The notes below the pieces were generated by a model. That model ran no database searches. It was not told the DNA's origin and saw only the letters and a list, made by a program, of their open reading frames with translations. From positions 20,646,001-20,710,000 of the forward strand of contig NW_027361832.1 in assembly GCF_039654945.1 (NCBI RefSeq): DNA of 64,000 nt, written 5' to 3'. Source of the stretch: Dendrobates tinctorius (Eukaryota). The first letter of the stretch is position 1, and the number at the start of each line of letters is the position of its first letter. The position numbers and the translations under genes were made by a program. This document shows, in pieces, positions 58,813 to 64,000 of this stretch.

Positions 58813-61699
58813 ATCTTTTGAGGGTGACATACTCAGGAATTAGTAGAGCCCACTCAAGCCGGAGCTGTCTGGCCATAGACAGATGTTTTGGTTGAACTTG
58901 TACGAGTATGGAAAGGATGTCATGTGGGGAATAAATTGTCAAAGGAAAAGTCAGTGTGATCTCACATGCCTTTTCTAGTAGTAGTGCAGCTGCTCCTACC
59001 GCACGGACACACGTAGGTGACCTTCTGATCACTGGGTCTAATTGTGCTGAGTAGCAAGCTATTGGTCTCTGTTTCCCTCCATGTTGTGTCAGTACTGCGG
59101 TAGCATGTCCTCCCTGCTCTGTGCAAAACAAGTAAAATGGCTGATCACAGTTTGGAATGCCTAAGGCCGGGGCTGACACAATGAGCAGTTTGAGAGACTG
59201 GAAGAAATCAATTGCTTCTTGAGTGAGATCATAGGGGTCTGCTGACAAGCAGTCATAGAGTGGTTGCATCATTCGTGAAGCAGACCTTATCCAAGGCCTG
59301 CAGTAAGTCACCAAACCTAGGAAGGTGCGTAGATGCTGATGTGACCTGGGTAGAGGGAGATTTTGAATTGCCTGTTTCCTGTCTTCAGTCAGGTGGCTTG
59401 TACCTTCGGCAATACAATGTCCCAAAAATGTCACCTTTTGTTTGCAATACTGTAACTTGTCACGTGAGACCTTGCAAACCCTTTTCTGCTAAAAAAAAAA
59501 AACATAGCAAGGAAACTGTAACTTCCTTGCAGGACATCTGGTCCAGTCAGCAGAGCAAAAGGTCATCCACGTACTGTTATAGTACAATCTGCGGATGGGG
59601 TGGTTGCCACTACTCAAGGATCCCTGCCATTGCTGCTGAATAGATGGCAGGGGAGTTCTTTCCCCCTTGTGAGAGGACTGTCCAACAATATTTTTTACCT
59701 TTATGAGTAAAAGAAGAAAGATACTGACAGTCAGGGTGCAGGGGTACAGAGAAAAAATGCACCCGCTAAATCAATGACTGTGAAACATTTTGACATCACT
59801 GGGATCTGTGACAGTAATGTGTGTGGATCAGGGACGATTGAGGTCATACTCTCTGTAGCATCATTAATAGCCCTTAAGTCATGAACCTTTCTGTAAGTGT
59901 CAGCAAACCCTTGGGTCCTTTTTTTCATAATGGGATACAAAGGGGTGTTGCAGGGGGAAGATCTTTGCACCAGAACCCCTGCCTTATCATACTCTTTAAT
60001 ATCTCTGCTCGGGGCCATTGATTTGGCTAGGCTCAAGGGGTATTGCTTTAAACAAGGAGTGGTTCCTTCTTTCAATTTAATCATGACAGTAAATTCATAG
60101 GGGCATTGTCACTAACAATAAGTTTTGTAAGTACCACAATTCCGGCACCTGTTTCTAGGTCCCTTGGTCCCCTATTACGTCTCCACTTTTTTCCTTGTGC
60201 TCCAGCATACATGACAGGTTGTCTTATCGTCCTTGTTTGCTCAACTACTTTAGCCACCTTAAGGAGGTCTTTCGGATCTACATATCGCCATTCAGGACTG
60301 GCTGTCTGTACTGCGTCTCGTAAGTCTTTGTTCATACCTTCAATGAATGCATTCACCTGTATTCTAACATCAAGTGGGTTTATGCAAATATACCCCATAT
60401 CTGCCCATTTCAGCTGTAACCGTCCAAAGTACATCTCTACACTCTCCTTATTGCTGTGTCACGTTAGTCAGGAGTACGGACTGCTCTGATTGTTTCACTA
60501 TAGCCCATTGTCTTAGTGATTCACAGTACGTCTCCCCAGACCGTGCAGATTTATCGTCCATGCCCCAAGCCTGATTCTTTGCCACATCTGTATGTGTCTT
60601 AATTATATGTCCTAGTGCGTCACCTGCCTTTAAACTCACCAACCTCTCTAGGTCTGCCCAGGTACACTTATATGTCTCCTGTATTTCCTTTATGTGTCTG
60701 TAAAACGGGAATAGTTGGTTTTCAGGGTCAGGCAGCTGCTTCAGCAAAGCTAGCTGGTCAGAGGGGCTCCAGGGATAATACACCTGCATCTTTCTTACTC
60801 TGGTCACCCTTCTAGGTCCTGATGGGGTTGGTCGTCTGGGGTCTACTGTCAGCTTACTCCTCAAAGGTCAATGTCCCCACTATCCACACTATTATGTCAC
60901 TACATATGATCTTGTCTGGACAGGATTTAGCGCAACTCGCTTAGGTCAGTAGCACAGGTCACACAAGTACCTATTCAGTCTGGGTTTGTCTGAGTCTGAC
61001 CACAGCGTTTACAAGTCCATCTGTTTTGTCTGGATCTCTGGTTAAACTTTGTCAATCAAAACATTCATAATACACCTTACTTCCATACTGCTGCACATTC
61101 TCAAACATCATTTATTCACTTGCTATTTTCTTCCCTTGTCTGTGCCTTTTTGTACATCCAAACATTCACACTCTGGCATTTTTGCCTTTTTCAATATTGG
61201 TCCCACTTGTTTTACTGCTTCCTTTCTTCTGTCTTTTACAATCGGCATAGCGGTGGAATCCCATTGTGAGGCCCTGACTGCACACAGAAAAAGTTGCCCA
61301 TGGCTTCAACATTTTCTCCCGACAGCTCACCTTTATTCTGAAATGCCCTCTCAGTGTGCCTGGACCACCTTGCCTTACAGGCCACACATAGCAAGTCAGA
61401 ACGAGCCTGCCAAGTGTAGCGGGAAGGCTCCTTGCCTCTCACCCGGTAGACCTACAGGATGTAACGAGAAGGCTCTCTGCCTCTCACCCGTTAGATCAGC
61501 TGGCTAGAATAGGAATAGGCCTTTTTCCTTCCAGCCCAGCTCCATGGGACGTGGGAAGGCTGCTTCAACTTAGACAGCTCACCTCTGTTATGAAATGCGC
61601 TTCTAGTGTGCCTGACCTTGTCTTACAGGCCACACATAGCAAGTCAGAGTGAGCCTGCCAAGGTGTATCCAGAAGGCTCCTTGCCCTCGCCTCTCACCC

Positions 61700-64000
61700 A
61701 CAACAAAAAAACCCGCTGACTAAACTAAGTAAGAAGTCCCAGGTGTGATAGGCCTCTAACCTACTTTATCAGCCATGCAGTTGGCTACCTCCTTCGTCTG
61801 ATCCTCAATTTGCTATAAATCAATCACACAACTAGAAGCAGGTTCAAACACATTAACACACCTCTCCCATGTACAGCTCCCATGCACTCCTCACCTTCCT
61901 GAGAAACCTCAGCCCATCTTGCCCAAACACATCGCAGAAAAAAACTACTTACAATTCCAACAACTATTTGCTCTTTATCTTCCTACTCCTACTGATTTCA
62001 GGGGACATCTCCCCCAACCCTGGCCCACCATCCCCCAACCCCTACCTTACCTACATATCGAAACCATAATAATCTTATTAATATTACTTGCACTCCCTCA
62101 TCTCCATCTTTTAATTGTGCCCTCTGGAATCCACGGTCTGCTTGTAACAAGCTTCCATTCCTACACAACTACTTTCTGAACAACTCTCTTAATCTGTTGG
62201 CCCTCACTGAAACCTGGATTCAGGATTCTGACACTGCCTCTTCTGCTGCCATTTCCTATGGTGGCTTACAATTCTCCCACTCCCCGAGACCCACAAACAG
62301 ACATGGTGGTGGAGTCGGCATAATCCTGTCCCCACAATGCACTTTCCAGGTCATCCCCCCAGTTCCATCACTCTTATTCCCTTCTTTTGAGGTCCACACC
62401 ATCAGGCTCTTTTGTCCCCTTTCCCTCAGAGTAGCGGTCATATAGCGGCCCCCAGGCTCACCCACCCACTTCTTTGACCACTTTTCAGCCTGGCTGCCAC
62501 ACTTCATGTTCTCAGAACTTCCAAGCCTTATCCTGGGAGACTTCAACATCCCCATTAACAGCCCTATTTCCACATCTGCATCCCAGCTTCTATCACTAAC
62601 CACCTCTCTAGGCCTCTCGCAGCTTTCAACCTCTGAGACACACAAGGACGGTAACACCCTTGATCTGGTCTTTGTCCGGCTCTGCTCAATCTCCCACCTA
62701 AATAACTCACCGCTTCCACTCTCTGACCACAACATTCTCTCCTTCACACTCACAAATCCTCGCCCACCCCAGCTCCCTCCTACCTACCAGTGAGAAATCT
62801 ACAAGCCATTAATCCTCAGACACTTTCAGACTCTCTACACTCATCACTGTCCCCAATCTCCTCTTTTTCCTGTCCTAATCTGGCTGTTCATCACTACAAT
62901 GACACTCTTAGAAGCACCCTTGACCAAGTAGCTCCCCTCACCCTCAGAACCTCCAAGCACAGAGTTAAACAACCCTGGCTCACATCGCAAACTCAACTTC
63001 TCCAGCGATGCTCTAGGAGTGCTGAACGCCTATGGCGAAAAACCCACACACCAGAAGACTTCATCCACTTCAAATTTATGTTAAGAACCTATAACGCTGC
63101 CCTTCACCTCGCCAAACAGACCTACTTCACCACCCTGATCTCCTCACTAGTCAACAACCCCAAGAAACTTTTTGACACGTTTCACTCCCTCCTCAGGCCA
63201 AAAGCACAAGCCCCTATCACAGACATTTGTGCTGATGACCTGGCCTCCCACTTTACAGAAAAAATAAATAATATCCGTCAGTAAATCTGCTCCCAACCAC
63301 CAAGTGCTGTGACTCCCATCCCTTCCTGCATCTCCCCTGGCTCACTTTCCACATTTGATCCCATCACAGAAGTCTCCAGACTCCTCTCTTCCGACTACAT
63401 GCACTACCGACCCCATTCCCTCACATCTCCTCTAGTCTCTCTCTCCAGTCGTCACAACCCACCTAACTACAATCTTTAATCTCTCTCCTCGGGCATTTTC
63501 CCATCCTCCTTCAAACACGCCACCATTACTCCATTACTAAAGAAACCCGCTCTCGACCCATCCTGCACAAACAACTACAGACCAGTCGCCAATCTCCCCT
63601 TCATCTCTAAACTTTTGGAGCACCTAGTTTACTCCCGCCTTACCCGTTACCTCTCCACTCACTCCCTTCTAGACCCTTCACAGTCCGGCTTCCGCCCCTA
63701 CATTCGACTGAAACTGCACTCAGCAAAGTGACCAATGACCTTCTGACAGCAAAATGTAACGGTGACCACTCTCTGCTCATTCTTCTTGACCTATCTGCAG
63801 CTTTTGATACTGTTGACCACCATCTCCTACTCTCTAGGCTCCAGTCACTAGGCATTAAGGACACTGCTCTCTCCTGGTTCTCTTCCTATCTCTCTGACTG
63901 CTCCTTCAGTGTTTTGTTCTCTGGCTCCACTTCATCTCCTCTTCCTCTTGCTGTCGGGGTACCTCAGGGCTCAGTCCTTGGCCCCCTTCCCTTCTCTCTC
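61700..64000 (+). mobile_element. L2-clade LINE ORF2 (APE endonuclease plus RT), decayed, runs off the window
   Basis: ALTETW, LILGDFN, GNTLDLVF, LSDH; [34 protein letters not shown]; stops and frameshifts. Confidence 0.93.

Larger units (their letters stand above)
55469..61700 (-). mobile_element. Decayed class I (gamma/epsilon-like) endogenous retrovirus: leader-gag-pro remnant-pol-env, no LTR seen
   Basis: gag (YYPWSPSDQLALLKQLPDP), RT (CNTPLYP..YRKVHDLRAIN..IDLAGAFF, QYVDDLLL about 59560), RNase H (KVKAHT..GNRRADEAAK), integrase (RPLYPFQRLQID, TGLSPFEVLFG, FDGPFQV..WIHASHCKK), env CWLC; many frameshifts and deletions. Confidence 0.92.

Overview
Eukaryotic vertebrate DNA, most likely an anuran (frog) genome, judged from its repeat content and gene sequences. 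Two spliced host genes lie tail-to-tail: RBIS/C8orf59 on + (3 coding exons, 19324-22918, 98 aa) and E2F5 on - (9 coding exons, 53455-27142, 357 aa reconstructed by hand, with a U12-type AT-AC intron at 44630-47918). The rest is dense transposon sequence: an apparently intact DD34E Tc1 inside E2F5, a decayed class I endogenous retrovirus with a split env, L2 and CR1 LINEs, a V-SINE, a chromodomain Gypsy remnant, Penelope-like elements (a GIY-YIG ORF plus fold-back insertions with hammerhead-like motifs), many Harbinger/hAT/TTAA/TA MITEs, and large minisatellites. There are two N gaps (6185-6330, 42249-42404). No prokaryote-type system or CRISPR is present. The best leads are the Penelope fold-back/hammerhead insertions, a sense Penelope inside the U12 intron, the probable E2F5/RBIS 3'UTR overlap and the intact Tc1. 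All coordinates were read by eye and no database searches were run.
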